From contig CM097886.1 of NCBI GenBank assembly GCA_044892525.1, positions 165,342,312 to 165,406,311 of the forward strand: 64,000 nucleotides of DNA. Reading direction: 5' to 3'. Under the pieces are notes generated by a model that was not told the DNA's origin, ran no database searches, and saw nothing but the letters and a program-made list of their open reading frames with translations. The position numbers and the translations under genes were made by a program. This DNA comes from Schmidtea polychroa. Lineage: Eukaryota. Numbering within the stretch: position 1 is the stretch's first letter; each line of letters starts with the position of its first letter. Below are positions 37,801 to 49,730 of the stretch, one piece after another.

Positions 37801-40800
37801 TTTGGTAATGTAATAGTAGCTTTACAAATTAAGCAACAACATTTACCTTTAATCATTACAAAAAAGTACTCCTTCTCCATTTCTTCGCTATAATGATAAG
37901 TCTTGGCTTTTTTATTTAGCATTTTTAAACAAAATTAATTTAACAAAAAAGCTTAAGAAAATTTTTCACTTTGTTACACAAAAATTTAAGCATAATCCAA
38001 AATGAAGACTCGTTTTTATTGATGAAATGGGCGTAAATTGTTCAATGAGGCTCGCTTACCGTCAAAGTTTGGTTGGTACAACTCCCAGAAAGGAGGTGAA
38101 ATTCATAAGGCCGTGAAATTACTCCTGTTGGGTTATTGAGTTGGTGATAATTTTAAATGTTACTCTGACTCCAAGCGTGTCTTGAACCGATTCACAAATA
38201 ACACTTGACAACAGAAATCTTTATTGATAATTACAAATAATCTTTCTCTTTAAACTGGCAATAAATTCAACACACTGCTTGGTGACTATACAATGCTTAT
38301 TGCAACACTCGGTGAGGAATAGCATTTGTGTATAACACCGGATTTAAAGATCACAAATTACTGATGGGTTTCTAAACTGGGATTTTGAGCTGGTTGTTTT
38401 CTTTGATTTTCTTCCAAACTTTATTCAAATAATCAAATAACTTCTTTTCGTTTTATTATTCAACTAATTCTTTACTTCAACTCTTCTCCAATAATTATTT
38501 TCCACAATTATTTCCCTTACAATTATTTTTGACAATCGTTTGTCAAACAACGTTTCGTCCAACGTCTAATTTTCTCCAATAATTTTATCTCTGAAATCGT
38601 CTTCCAAATCGTTTTCAATTTCGCGTCACTTTGTCTCTAATTTTTCTTCTAATTCCATGTCCACCAGTTTTCCTTTATATACTGTAAAATCCCGAGTATA
38701 AGCTGCAGCTAATACGTACATTAAGGCAACATTTCTGAATTGCAGCTAATATGATGTGCAGCTTATACAACTAAAAAACAATTCAAATCGAAGATAAGAT
38801 TATTTATTTCAATTTTCAACATCACACTCCTCAAAACCATCACACTCTTCAATGTCAATAAAAGTGAAATTTTCTAGTAATTCTACAATGTTTGGATCAG
38901 ACTCGTTCACATTCATTTCATTTTCTTCAATTTCAAGAACATCGTCGTCTTCACCGAATGCAACACAAAAACCATTCAAAATGGTGGAAAGGTTAACATC
39001 TTCCCAAGAGGAAACAATCCATTCGAAAATAGTATTCCAGTCAGCTGCTTTCATATTTCCGGACTTAGTATGTTTGATGTTTTCATAATCTTTAATGATC
39101 CAATCCTCCCACTTCTTGCGCAATTTTGACTTGAACGAACGGTAGAAGTAAGATCTAATGGCTGCACCTTTGATGTCAATCCGGCAGGTATGAAAGCTAC
39201 TTTGGATTCCTTCTTAATTTTATCAAGTGTAGTACTGACAAGATGTGAGCGATGCATATCAAATAAAAGCAATGATGGTACTTTTGGATCCTGGTTCCAT
39301 GGTGTCATTGGAGGCAATGTAATTCGACTCTTTCATACTTTCTTGAGCCATATCTCAAGAGTTTCATGATTCATCCACCCAGATCCATTAGCTGCAATAA
39401 CAAGCTTTGATTCAGGAATGCAAGTCTTTGGATGTTTCTTTGTGCCCAAAATAACAAAAGGCGGAAGTTTAGTACCATCCTTGAGAACACATAGATTGAC
39501 GGTAAATCGTTTTTCTCATGTCCTGTAGTTTTAATTCGGACATCTTTGGCACCTTTAGTCTCAATTGTGTACCCTAAAGGCATGTCACATTGAATGGACA
39601 CTTCATCAAAATTACCGATTTGATTATCGGGCAAATCCTTCTTTAAATCTGCGATGGTGCTTCTAAACTTGGCCATCTGAAATTCCCAATCTTTCGGTAA
39701 TTGTTGCTTCGTGGTAGGCCGTCGAACACAAATATTCTTGCGTTTCATGAAATTATCAGTCCATTGAGAGCTCGCGACAAATCCTTCAATTTTCATCTCT
39801 TTGGCAATTATTTGTGCCTGTAAACGAATTCGAACAACCGACACTTGAAGTTCTCGTTCACGTTGAATTAGGATCCATTCGTGTAATTTCGTTTCCAAAT
39901 CCGGATATCTAGCGTTACCACCACGCAAAGATCTTCGATTTGGATTCATTGCTTTGATAACAGACTCTTGGGCGATCCATCGTCGAATAACAGTTTCATT
40001 AATATCATATCGTCTTGCAACCTCCCGTATGTTTCCTAACTGACGAGCTAATTCAATAACTTCTTTTTTCTTTGCTGAACTAAAAGATCTTCGTTGTTTC
40101 TTTTGTTTTTGTTCAGAATCGTTATCCATTTTAATCAAGGATTCAAAACAGTGCAATAAACAATGTAAACGATTAAAACAAAATGGTTATTGTCACGGTG
40201 AAATTTGTTTTTTAATGATAGGTTGCTGATTTTAAAATCATGTGTTTTCAACGCAAATGGTGCAGCTAATACGTGCTGCGGTTTATACGACTAAAAAATA
40301 CATTTTTATAAAAATGTCATCTGCACCTAATACGTGTTGCAGCTTATACTCTGGATTTTACAGTAGTTATTTTACTTGTGGCACTAGCGACAGATTCTGT
40401 TTACCATTTTCCTTTTCCTCTACGTCAGACATCTCTGACAGATATCAGATATTTTTCCATTTTCCTTTTTTGTTAAGCTGCCTTCTCCCGACAATTTCGC
40501 TATCTTTGACAAGCTGTCAAGATACGGCTTTTTCCCTTATTTTGTTTTTCTGGAATTTGAAATTCCACCTTCATTTGTACTTCTTAATTAACAATGACCT
40601 TTCTTTTTACTTCTGTTTTTTTTCTGAGTACCCATAGATCGTCCCATTTGTCATGACGATCTTCCCCCAGGTAATTTTATTTATTTATTTATAAATTGTT
40701 TATTTAGGTATCCTCAACACTCGGCAAAGCGCGCGCGGCAAATTCATAATAGTTTTATTTTATGATATCGAAAATGGCGCGTTCAATGGTGAAATATTTA

Positions 40801-43800
40801 ATATGCTAATGATAACTTTGATCAAAGGGATTGCCAAATCCACGTTTTACAGGCAATTCGAAGAGGGGAGTTTTAATAAATGCGTACTTTGATTTTTTAT
40901 GTAATGAATACAAATTATTTCCTTATTATAATTTTCTTCATGCTGAACAAAGATTAAATTATTTGGCAAGAAGATTAAATTATGTGGAAGGAAGAAAAAA
41001 TTAGCGATGGAATTCTGAAATCAAATTGAAATGTTTTTTTGTCATTTTAATCATTTCAGTGGCGCAGCCAAGATTTTGTTTTGGAGGCATAAAAACGATC
41101 CTCACATTCAAGCAATACTCATGCTTTTAAACTATAATTTTCTTGTGGAGGGGCCAATTTCCACGAAAAATTCACACAAACAGTATTACATCGAAAAGGT
41201 ACGATTAAGGCGATCTATCTCTTATATATTCTTAAAACTATCAACAAACTGAATTTCCCCGTTTGTTTATTGCCTTTGAAAAGGGCACCATATTTTGTGA
41301 CCATATAGACTTGTTATTGTTCACCGAAGAAGAAGATTTCTTGTCTGACATTTCCCAGAAACATCGAGAAAAAAAATACACTCACACGTACAAACAGTTA
41401 CCACCTTTAGTGACAAAGACGCGTCCAACTAAAAGCATTCTATTTGACACTCCAAATTTCATTTTGATAAGACATACGCTCTTACTCCTAGTCTACACCT
41501 TTTTATTGCAAGCCGCGGGGGACTTTTCAAAAAAATTAATAAAGAATAGTAAAGAAGTGACTTTTACTTAAAAGTTCATCATTTGCGGCTATGTCATTTG
41601 AAGGAGAGAAAAAGAAAATAGCCATACTAGGGATTGTATACCGGTTTACCGGTAAATTGGCAAAATAACACTCGGTAAATTAAAAGTCCTTGCTAGAAAT
41701 TTTAATGTGTAAAATATCGTATTTATAAATACCTAAAAGTAAGAGTTACGAGTCCTTTACACGATTTACAAAAAGTTATAATTTTTATAAATAAATTATA
41801 AATAAATAAATAAATTATAAATTAAAAATTATATTACATATTTTCTAACTTAATTTGTTTGTATTTTGTGCGAGTTTTGAAAGCTAATGTAAGTTTTTAT
41901 TTTAGTATTATGTTATTACATTTGATATTGACGTGCCACTTACCAAATCGAGTACCTCCATGTTCTGCAATATTTGACAGACCCTAATTTGGTTTTTTCG
42001 AATCAGGAAAACTACGATATTTTTCATATGACCAAAAAAGCAACAATAATCAAAAGTATTGTGGATATACTTTCGATTATTGTTGTTGATAGTCAGATTC
42101 AGTTAAATCATCCTGATTTAGATGCCAGAGTCAGATAATACAGTTAATGTAGAAATGCCTATGAAGTAGAAATTATACGATCTGATAAAACAAAAAACAG
42201 AATGCTTAGTTCTACAACAAAAAAAATGGCAATATATTGTGAAAAAAGAATTGGAATACTTCCGCCAAGAGAAAATACGAGGAAAGTACATTCAAATGGT
42301 ACATGATTATTTGATGAAAATTCTTCTAGCAAGTGTTGATTCAGAAAGGGTATTCTCGGGTTCTGGGTTATTTTGTACAAAAATAAGAACAAAATTAGGA
42401 GATATCACTTTAAATAATTTAAGTTTTTTGAGGAGCTATTTTTAAAAAGTGTTAATAAAGCTATTTCTGTGTCATTATTATTTTTTTTACTTTATTTTTA
42501 TTTGTTTCTAAAATATTATTATAGTTTGTTTAGATTTATAATAATACATTAATCCTCATATTTTATATTTTTGAAATAAAAATCATGAAATGGAAATTTA
42601 AAATTGTTTTTTGTCAACTTTATTTTATCTTTTAGAAAAAAAATACCCCTAATTAATAATCACAAATACATAAAATAATTACTAAAGAAATGTTTGCTAA
42701 TATGTACAATATTAATCTTCGAGGTTGTTTTTCATTCGAACTATTACTTCTTCGAGTGTTATATTTACTTCCAAATGAATATTTAAAGTTGCTAATACAT
42801 TTAATTTAGATTCACCAGTTGTCCTGTTGATACAACAAGTATTTTTAAAAGTAAATATGTGTAATGATATATGGTTTTGTAACTGCCATTTTTGTGGGTA
42901 AAGCATCATAGACTCAAATACCTAAGAAGATATTGATATTCACATTTATCTATCAAATAAAACGCAAACCGATTTTTTACTATATTTCTTTAACTGTAAT
43001 TAGATTCAGAACTTTATAAAGGAGTCAGATTTCCACTTTATCTTACATGAATCAAATAATTAATTGTTTAAAATAATGAATATTTTGGGGTAAATAATTG
43101 TAGCCTGAGAAATGACTGCTGAACATATGACTAGACCAATAGAATTGTGCTAATTCTAATAGCTTGGGGGCCGATGCCCGTCGACCCCTCTGGGCTATTA
43201 GTCATGGTGAATTATTGATCACCACGAATAAAGATTGCTTCAATAACACCCATTCTATGTACACTTACTAATCACCAGATTGGTGTTTACGTTGATTTGA
43301 TCATCATTACTTATTGTTTCTTAACTATGTGATTCAGATTATTTTGTAATGTAGATTATTATTTCAATGGAAGAACTTATATCGGATATATTGATCTCAG
43401 TGACCTCAAAATTTGAGACCACAAATTAGAGTTGCTATAACTAAATATTTTCTGGACATTGTCGAATGAATAATGTTGTAGAAGGATGGGGATTCTCGTT
43501 TTAAAGGTTAAATCCAATCGCATCATGCAACTATTTGGATGTTTCTTAGAAAATATGAAAACGACAGCAAAGTTGTGATTTAGCAATTAATATTTGGAGG
43601 TCACAGAAAGAAAAGACATCCAATACAGATCATTTATCTTATTAATAACTCAAGAATCTCATACGATGAATTTAAGAATACTGGCATAACTGAGATCTAC
43701 TTGCATAGAATAGGAACGTTGTTGAAAAACCAATTTGATTATATGTTGAGTAGAACATGCTAAAAATTTTATGTAGATGAAAAATTTATAGCTTATTATA

Positions 43801-46800
43801 GCATCACTGAATTTATTTATTTATTGTTTATATTTTCGAATCAATAATATTTTTTTAAAAATAAACTAAGTTTAAAAATCAATGCATAAAGTAAATCTTT
43901 TGGTAATACTTAAGTTTTGGGGGGCTGAATTCAATTTGTCAATCACAATTAATTGATAAATATATCAAATCAGTATTATTGACAGGAATTGTATTTTTAA
44001 TAGTATTAAATAGTACATAAAACATTTAAAAGTACATTTAAACATAAAACACAATCCGGAATAATTTTAACTAAAGTACGACTTTAACACATCAACAAAT
44101 AAGGTAAATTGATCAAGCAAATGAACACTTCTAACACTTCGATTGTATATAAACGTACCGAGATATTCAAAAAGATGCTCCCTTTTTACTGGGCTGGGCA
44201 GAAAGGTTTTCAGAGACCTCCACGCACGTTCAAGTGTTTGACTATGAATAGACCGATCAACTGGATCAACAAAATAATATTTGTGATTTACTGTGAAATG
44301 GACATATCCAAGTTCGTTCAAATGCCAGTACCCACGCCACATATCCGCTATAATCCGTGTACCCGGGCGAATATTGTTGCGTATTATATCTTTCTAAATT
44401 TTCCGCCTACTATCCACACCGACTGCATTGCTAATACCCGGCCAACATTATATTTCCTTTTTATTAGATGAGTTTCATCAATTTCAACAGTATATCCTTC
44501 ACCGCCGATGAAATTCAATCTGTTGTCCATAATTTTAAGCGTTGCCGCTCTTCTGAAAATTTTGAACCATGAAATTGCGGTTGGTTCACTTATACGACAC
44601 TGAATCGACGCGAATCCAGCACGAAAATTATGGGTGAAGAAATATGATAGTTGAAGCAATTGGGCGATTGAAATGTGAATACCATCAAAAATGGAATTCA
44701 GGAAGATGCTTCGTGACTGACGACACGTTCTCCTTCCACATCGAAAGCGTCCATCTACTCCGTTGCGAGTTTTCCCCTTTTCAAAATTCATATCTGCGCC
44801 ACAAATGTAACATGGTCTCTGAGCAATACTCAGCAATCCAAGCTCTATGGCTAATCCGAAAGCTTTTTCTGGAGAGGAAGTTTTTTCACCCAATTCGAAG
44901 ATATTCATGGGTTTTTTTTCTTTTTTCATGCTTTATTTCTTTTGGTTGTTAATGATTCTAGTCAATATATTTATCAATATATTTATCAATTAATTGTAAT
45001 TGGCAAATTGAATTCAGCCCCCCCCCCAAAACTTAAGTATTACCAATCTTTTATATAAATGTAATTAAAATGTAAATCACTTCGTTTTAAATTTATTTTT
45101 AGAATTATTTTATAAATTTAATCTTTATTTAAATTTAAACCAACTGTTTCCCTTTCAACTTTAATTTTAGATATTAACCAGAAAAAATTTGTTATTTCTA
45201 TTTCTGTTATAAAAGTATTTAATTTTTCATTAACGCTATTAATTTAAAGGTTGTATATTTTAAAAAAGATATTATAAACAAATTTAATCATTATATAAAA
45301 TGATCAAGGTGGTATGCAGTACCAAAAGTTTGGGAAACACTGGTTTAAAGCATTGAACTATCCACGAAAGCCATGGACTTCTTATACATTTTTTAAAATC
45401 ATTTATTTGTTTAATGTGTAATGTCTGTGGATTGTCAAATAACGTTATTATGATGTAGAATTCTCTATTTGTTATTGAGTCACAGGTCTAAGTTTTAATC
45501 AGTATTGTTATATTGGAATTGTTATATTCTAATTGTCTTTTTTCTTGGTCGTGGTTTAACATTTGAAAAGAGTAATTTCAAGATAAATCCAAATAATTTA
45601 AAGGAGGATTAGCTGAAAAATCAAATGGATCGTCAGGAACAGGAAACAAAGTCATAAATGGTTTGGTCAAAATCAATTAAAGCTAGAGGGCGATGAAATC
45701 GAGAAAGGCGGCTATGGAAAAGTAGTAAACTCTGACAAATTGTTTTATACAACTACCATCTTTGAGGTGAATTGGTTATAGGACCAATAATATAGGTTAT
45801 CCGTATTACTTCATTATTATTGTTGTTGTTGTCATGGTTGTTATTGTTATGATCCTTATTATTGATGTCCTTGCTGTTTTGGTGCCAAGACTAATCTCTA
45901 TTAGCGTTCCTAGGACAAGGTTGCTAACAATTCCTCCTGCAGTTAAGAATCCAGCAAGTTCGAAAGGACAAAAATCAGAATCTGGAGAGTTGAAATAAAC
46001 TCCAAAAACCCTAACTCAAATAAGAGACGCTGCTTGGATTAAGTTTAATTAAATTTAAGGAAGTTAGTAGTAACAGAGAGAGAACAAATTAGGAATCAGG
46101 TAAAATGCTTTATCATCTCGAAGCCATTATAAATTTCTTAGCATAATTTAAATTGACAATAAATAATATAAACAGTAATTTAAATGCGACTATATTGAAA
46201 CAAACAATTGCATAACACTAATAAGTTCAACGTAGGTCATTTAAAATGACCATAACCGTTCGGACAAAAACACCCCGACGATAAAAATCAAGAATTTCCT
46301 TTAACTGCAAATCAACTTTTCGAGTATAGTATAATATTCGAGATGATAATCAAAGACAAGTACTAGAGAAATATGATAAGGTAATGAAAATGCACGAGGA
46401 AAATATGGCGCTAGACCTTCTACGGTAAGTCGATGAACACAGTTCTCAGGTTAATAGGTCACCTTTTGCTGATAGCCACTTGTTAAATCTCAGTACCGGC
46501 GTCACTTGCGATGGGCGTTTAGTGGTTGGATAAAATATTTAAGTGTGGTTCCTAGGGGAAAATAGAGGTAACGAAAGCATCAAACATAGCAGAACTTACA
46601 TAAATAAAAAAACTTTCCCCTACTCGTAACACACCCACGGAACAGCAAATGTTATGAATGAGTTCCAATAAAAATATTTTTCATTATGCCAAATGGTTTT
46701 TCATATTTAAAATTTATGCATTCGGGAGCCAGTTTTTACTTAGATTTGTGCATTCAGAAAGTAGGAAAGTTTTGTACTGTCACCAAGTTCAAATCTATGC

Positions 46801-49730
46801 AGAAGAAATTTTTAAGAATATCTTCTAGGCATAAAATGTATTGTGGAACCGGAAAACATGGGCTTAGTTCAAAAGATTTTATATTTTGAAATTTTAGAGT
46901 AAGAGGTTCCAAGATGATGCAGCCGGTGAGCTTAATGAGCTTGGAGAACTTCTAGAGGAGATATTGTACAACCTTATGCTACGTATAGGTACAAAATAAA
47001 ATAATATACCGATTCATGAACTGAGGAATGAAGGAATCGAGAACAACATGAATGGAAGAAGAAACAAGCACAGGCGACAGGAAAGATGATTATGGCAAAT
47101 CGGAATGACAAGCTTGATATATTGCGTCGTCATTTGGTGAAATTTTCTTTTTTAAAATTTTGATAGTAATATGCAATTTGGTTTTATTAAAATTTTAAAT
47201 AATGAGGCAACATACCATACAAAACAGAAATTAATACAGCGACACAAGGATTCGGTATGACCCGATCTTGGTGGTTAGGCGGAAAGATGAGGCAGTAGGT
47301 AAATAGAAACAAATATTACCCCAACTAGCTCTTTCACTGGTGCGTAAAGGCTCTGGAGAGTTGGGTCAAAACAACTAACGACATAAAGCAGGAGAACACA
47401 CATTGACTCAAGCATCGGTGAAGGACGAAGTTAGGTCAGTGAAAAATGATAATCAGAGAAACAAGCAAATCGGTGCATACAAAAACAACGGCCTTCAAGC
47501 TGCGGTGACTGAGACAAAAGAACGAAATGGACGAAAATAGTAAAAGTCGCATAACTTTATGTTTTCATATTAAATTGAATAACTAAAATTATTATGATGG
47601 TTTCAAAGACAGGCACATGTAGAATGGCAACGAAATAAGGCGCTACAACTTATATGATAAACCCTTGGACCCAGAGCCGCGCCAATTCTTTAAAAGTTCT
47701 TGTGATGGGACTCACCTTTTGCTGTTAGCAACATACTAAACTACTGCAAAAAACGCCGCTTGTGATAGGCATCTAGTGATAAAATCAATAGTTATGCGCA
47801 ATTACGAAGCGAAATATGGTAAATTATAAGCGTCCACAGGATAGGGTGGACATTTATGAGCAGAGGCATAAAATGTTTTAGCACTCGTAACCCAACATTT
47901 GTTACCAAATCTTTGTGTAATTCATCTTGGAATTTCATGCAATTTGAGCCATGTAAATATGTGTGATATGTTAGGACTAATTGACGAGATTTGATCAATA
48001 GTGGGATCCATTTTGATAGATTTAATATATCAGTTACTTATGATATTGCCAAAAGCTTTGAAGTGCTTACAGTTTATTTTAGTGATATATTCTCGTTTAT
48101 ATGATTATCAGCTGAATTTGATGGAAATATATTTTTTTTCTAGAAATCAGGGAAATCACTCTGTAAAGGACATTGTCAGAGCCGTAACAAGGCATTATTG
48201 CGCCCAGTGCGGTTCATATATCTGGCGCCCCTAAAACTCGAATTCAAAACAGCCTACAATAATAATTATAATATTCATGTTAAGATTGTTAACTATATTT
48301 ATTCATCACCAGCTATTATAATAGGTAGTAATGCTCTGAAAATTCTGTTGCTAATTGAAAAATGACAGGAGCCCATTTTGTGGACTAACATTTTACAAAA
48401 TACACACCTACGAAGTCACGCTAATGCACCAGTCCAATATGCAATGTTAAAGATAGGCTAGCTAGGGCATCGTTGTGCAGGCCATTTGATAATTTCTTTT
48501 ATTTATATTTTGTTAATTTTTGATAATTTCTTTTATTTATATTTTGTTAATTTTTTGTAACATTAAAAAAAATGTTACATTCCAATTTTGCGCCCCTTTC
48601 ATATGTGCGCCCTGTGCGACTCCACCGCTCGCACAACCTTTGTTACGTCCCTGGATAAATGGAATGAGTTGGAAATCCTTGATGTCGAGGGATTGATAAG
48701 AATAAAAATTGAAATTCTTTTACTGAATTGATTTTTTAGTACTTTCCAGTTATCTCGACCTCATCAAAAAACGAACAGTTCCAATTATAAAAATCTTTTT
48801 AAACCGGTCAAGTAATTATAATCATATAGACATTTACATATAGTCTGAGTTTACCCGACAAAATATTTTGATCCCCTAGAACAGGAGTGCGCAACCTTTG
48901 CCTATATGTCGGCCGCGTTGAATATTTTTATTCTCTTTACGGCCGCTAAGACATTTTTGTTATTAGGTTATTGAAAGAAAACTGTTTTCGAATCAATAAA
49001 CTAAAGGTGAAACCCCAAAATGTATAGATAAAATATCTTCAATTGATTTTGGGAAATTTTGAATTTACTTATATTTTGTTAGTATTTATAAAAATCAAGT
49101 CTGTAATTTAAAAATTGATAGATAAGTTCATAAATATTGCAATAAAATTCAAGTATCAAATTTAAATATCAATATCGCAAAATCGCATTAAGCCTATACT
49201 TCTAAAGAACTAAATATAGTAATTCCAATCTAACCTGAGCCAAACCAAAGTATATGGCACACAATTTACCAGGTGAGTTGTATAATACCCATAGCGAATA
49301 ATTTCAGCTATGGACCATGCTGTAATAAACATTGGAATACCATAAGTTTCACTGATTATCTAAATACCTTAACTAAATATCAGTACATTAAATTAGCACA
49401 ACTGACTTTTGGGAAAATGTTACAAATCCCCCACACTAAAAACAATCGAGATGAAACCTGGATAGTTGTTACATCAACTCGAGATTTAACAAAACCAAAG
49501 GCACTGTGTAAAATCTGAAAATATTTTAGGAAAATTATAATATTATTATAATTTACTTCTAATACGGCTGCAGTTTGAACTAATTTCAGAGGTTTTTCAA
49601 TAATGGAATAAGTTTCAACTAAATTAAATTTAGTCGACCAAAGAGCATAGATTTCATTGTATAATATATAAGCCCACCCACAAGTTAATGTTAAATTATA
49701 AATAAATAAATATTTTGGAACAAAATTCAT
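34812..49730 (-). CDS. HACD: Very-long-chain 3-hydroxyacyl-CoA dehydratase (HACD1/2, PTPLA family), 6 exons, 217 aa
   Basis: Exons 49730-49557, 49514-49407, 49359-49235, 35150-35111, 35062-34927, 34882-34812. All introns are GT-AG and phase-compatible; 654 nt total. Motifs QTAAVLEILH, QVSSR, AWSIAEIIRYGYY, RYTLFYVLYPMGVTGE and FPQLYGHMIVQRKK. Confidence 0.95.
35855..37990 (-). mobile_element. hAT Charlie/EPM2AIP1-GTF2IRD2-like transposon with a near full-length disrupted transposase
   Basis: ORFs 36864-37922 and 36267-36860 are in the same frame separated by one TGA; 36067-36282 follows after a frameshift. Motifs: BED zinc finger CLIC...RH, FSLQADESTD, ITTDGAPAM, HCIIHQQALC, VRWLSRG, FGSTYLCESAFS. 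One TIR caggggtgcccact lies at 35855; the other was not found. Confidence 0.95.
38005..38125 (+). pseudogene. IS630/Tc1-like (DDE_3) transposase fragment
   Basis: Reads RLVFIDEMGVNCSMRLAYRQSLVGTTPRKEVKFIR. Confidence 0.6.
38682..40363 (-). mobile_element. Full-length pogo-like (POGK/BrkDBD-CENPB-DDE_1) transposon, frameshifted
   Basis: 26-bp TIRs ctgtaaaatcc(c/a)gagtataagctgca with TA TSDs and subterminal gcagctaatacg repeats. ORFs 39371-40156 (HTHs, NFDE), 39051-39317 (LLLFDMHRSH, VQPLD) and 38809-39123. Confidence 0.95.
41628..42445 (+). mobile_element. Degenerate, internally deleted hAT element
   Basis: Terminus tagggattg with accggt subterminal motifs. ORF 42239-42445 SVDSERVFSGSGLFCTKIRTKL is a hAT dimerisation domain. 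Confidence 0.75.
43300..43720 (+). pseudogene. Probable Mutator/MULE transposase relic
   Basis: RMNNVVEGW near 43465-43492 matches the MULE RTNNAVEGWH motif. The flanking frames are degraded. Confidence 0.45.
43902..45044 (-). mobile_element. Merlin (IS1595/ISXO2-like) transposon, second family, with an internal deletion
   Basis: Long TIRs ggtaatacttaagttttggggg...ctgaattcaatttg and a perfect 8-bp TSD aatctttt (43894-901, 45045-52). ORFs 44384-44929 (VEIDET) and 44067-44342 (preceded by IIAD, then MWRGY...TLERAW). A frameshifting deletion lies between VGG and DIIRNNIRPGT. Confidence 0.95.

Noticed and set aside
45600-47560. Retroelement (LINE-like) coding region
   Set aside because: The composition and an HLFAD-like fragment are suggestive, but the frames are too broken to support a specific call.
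49380-49730. HACD as a single 116-aa truncated ORF
   Set aside because: The ORF reads through a 42-nt in-frame intron and into intron 2. The proper spliced model continues to 34812.
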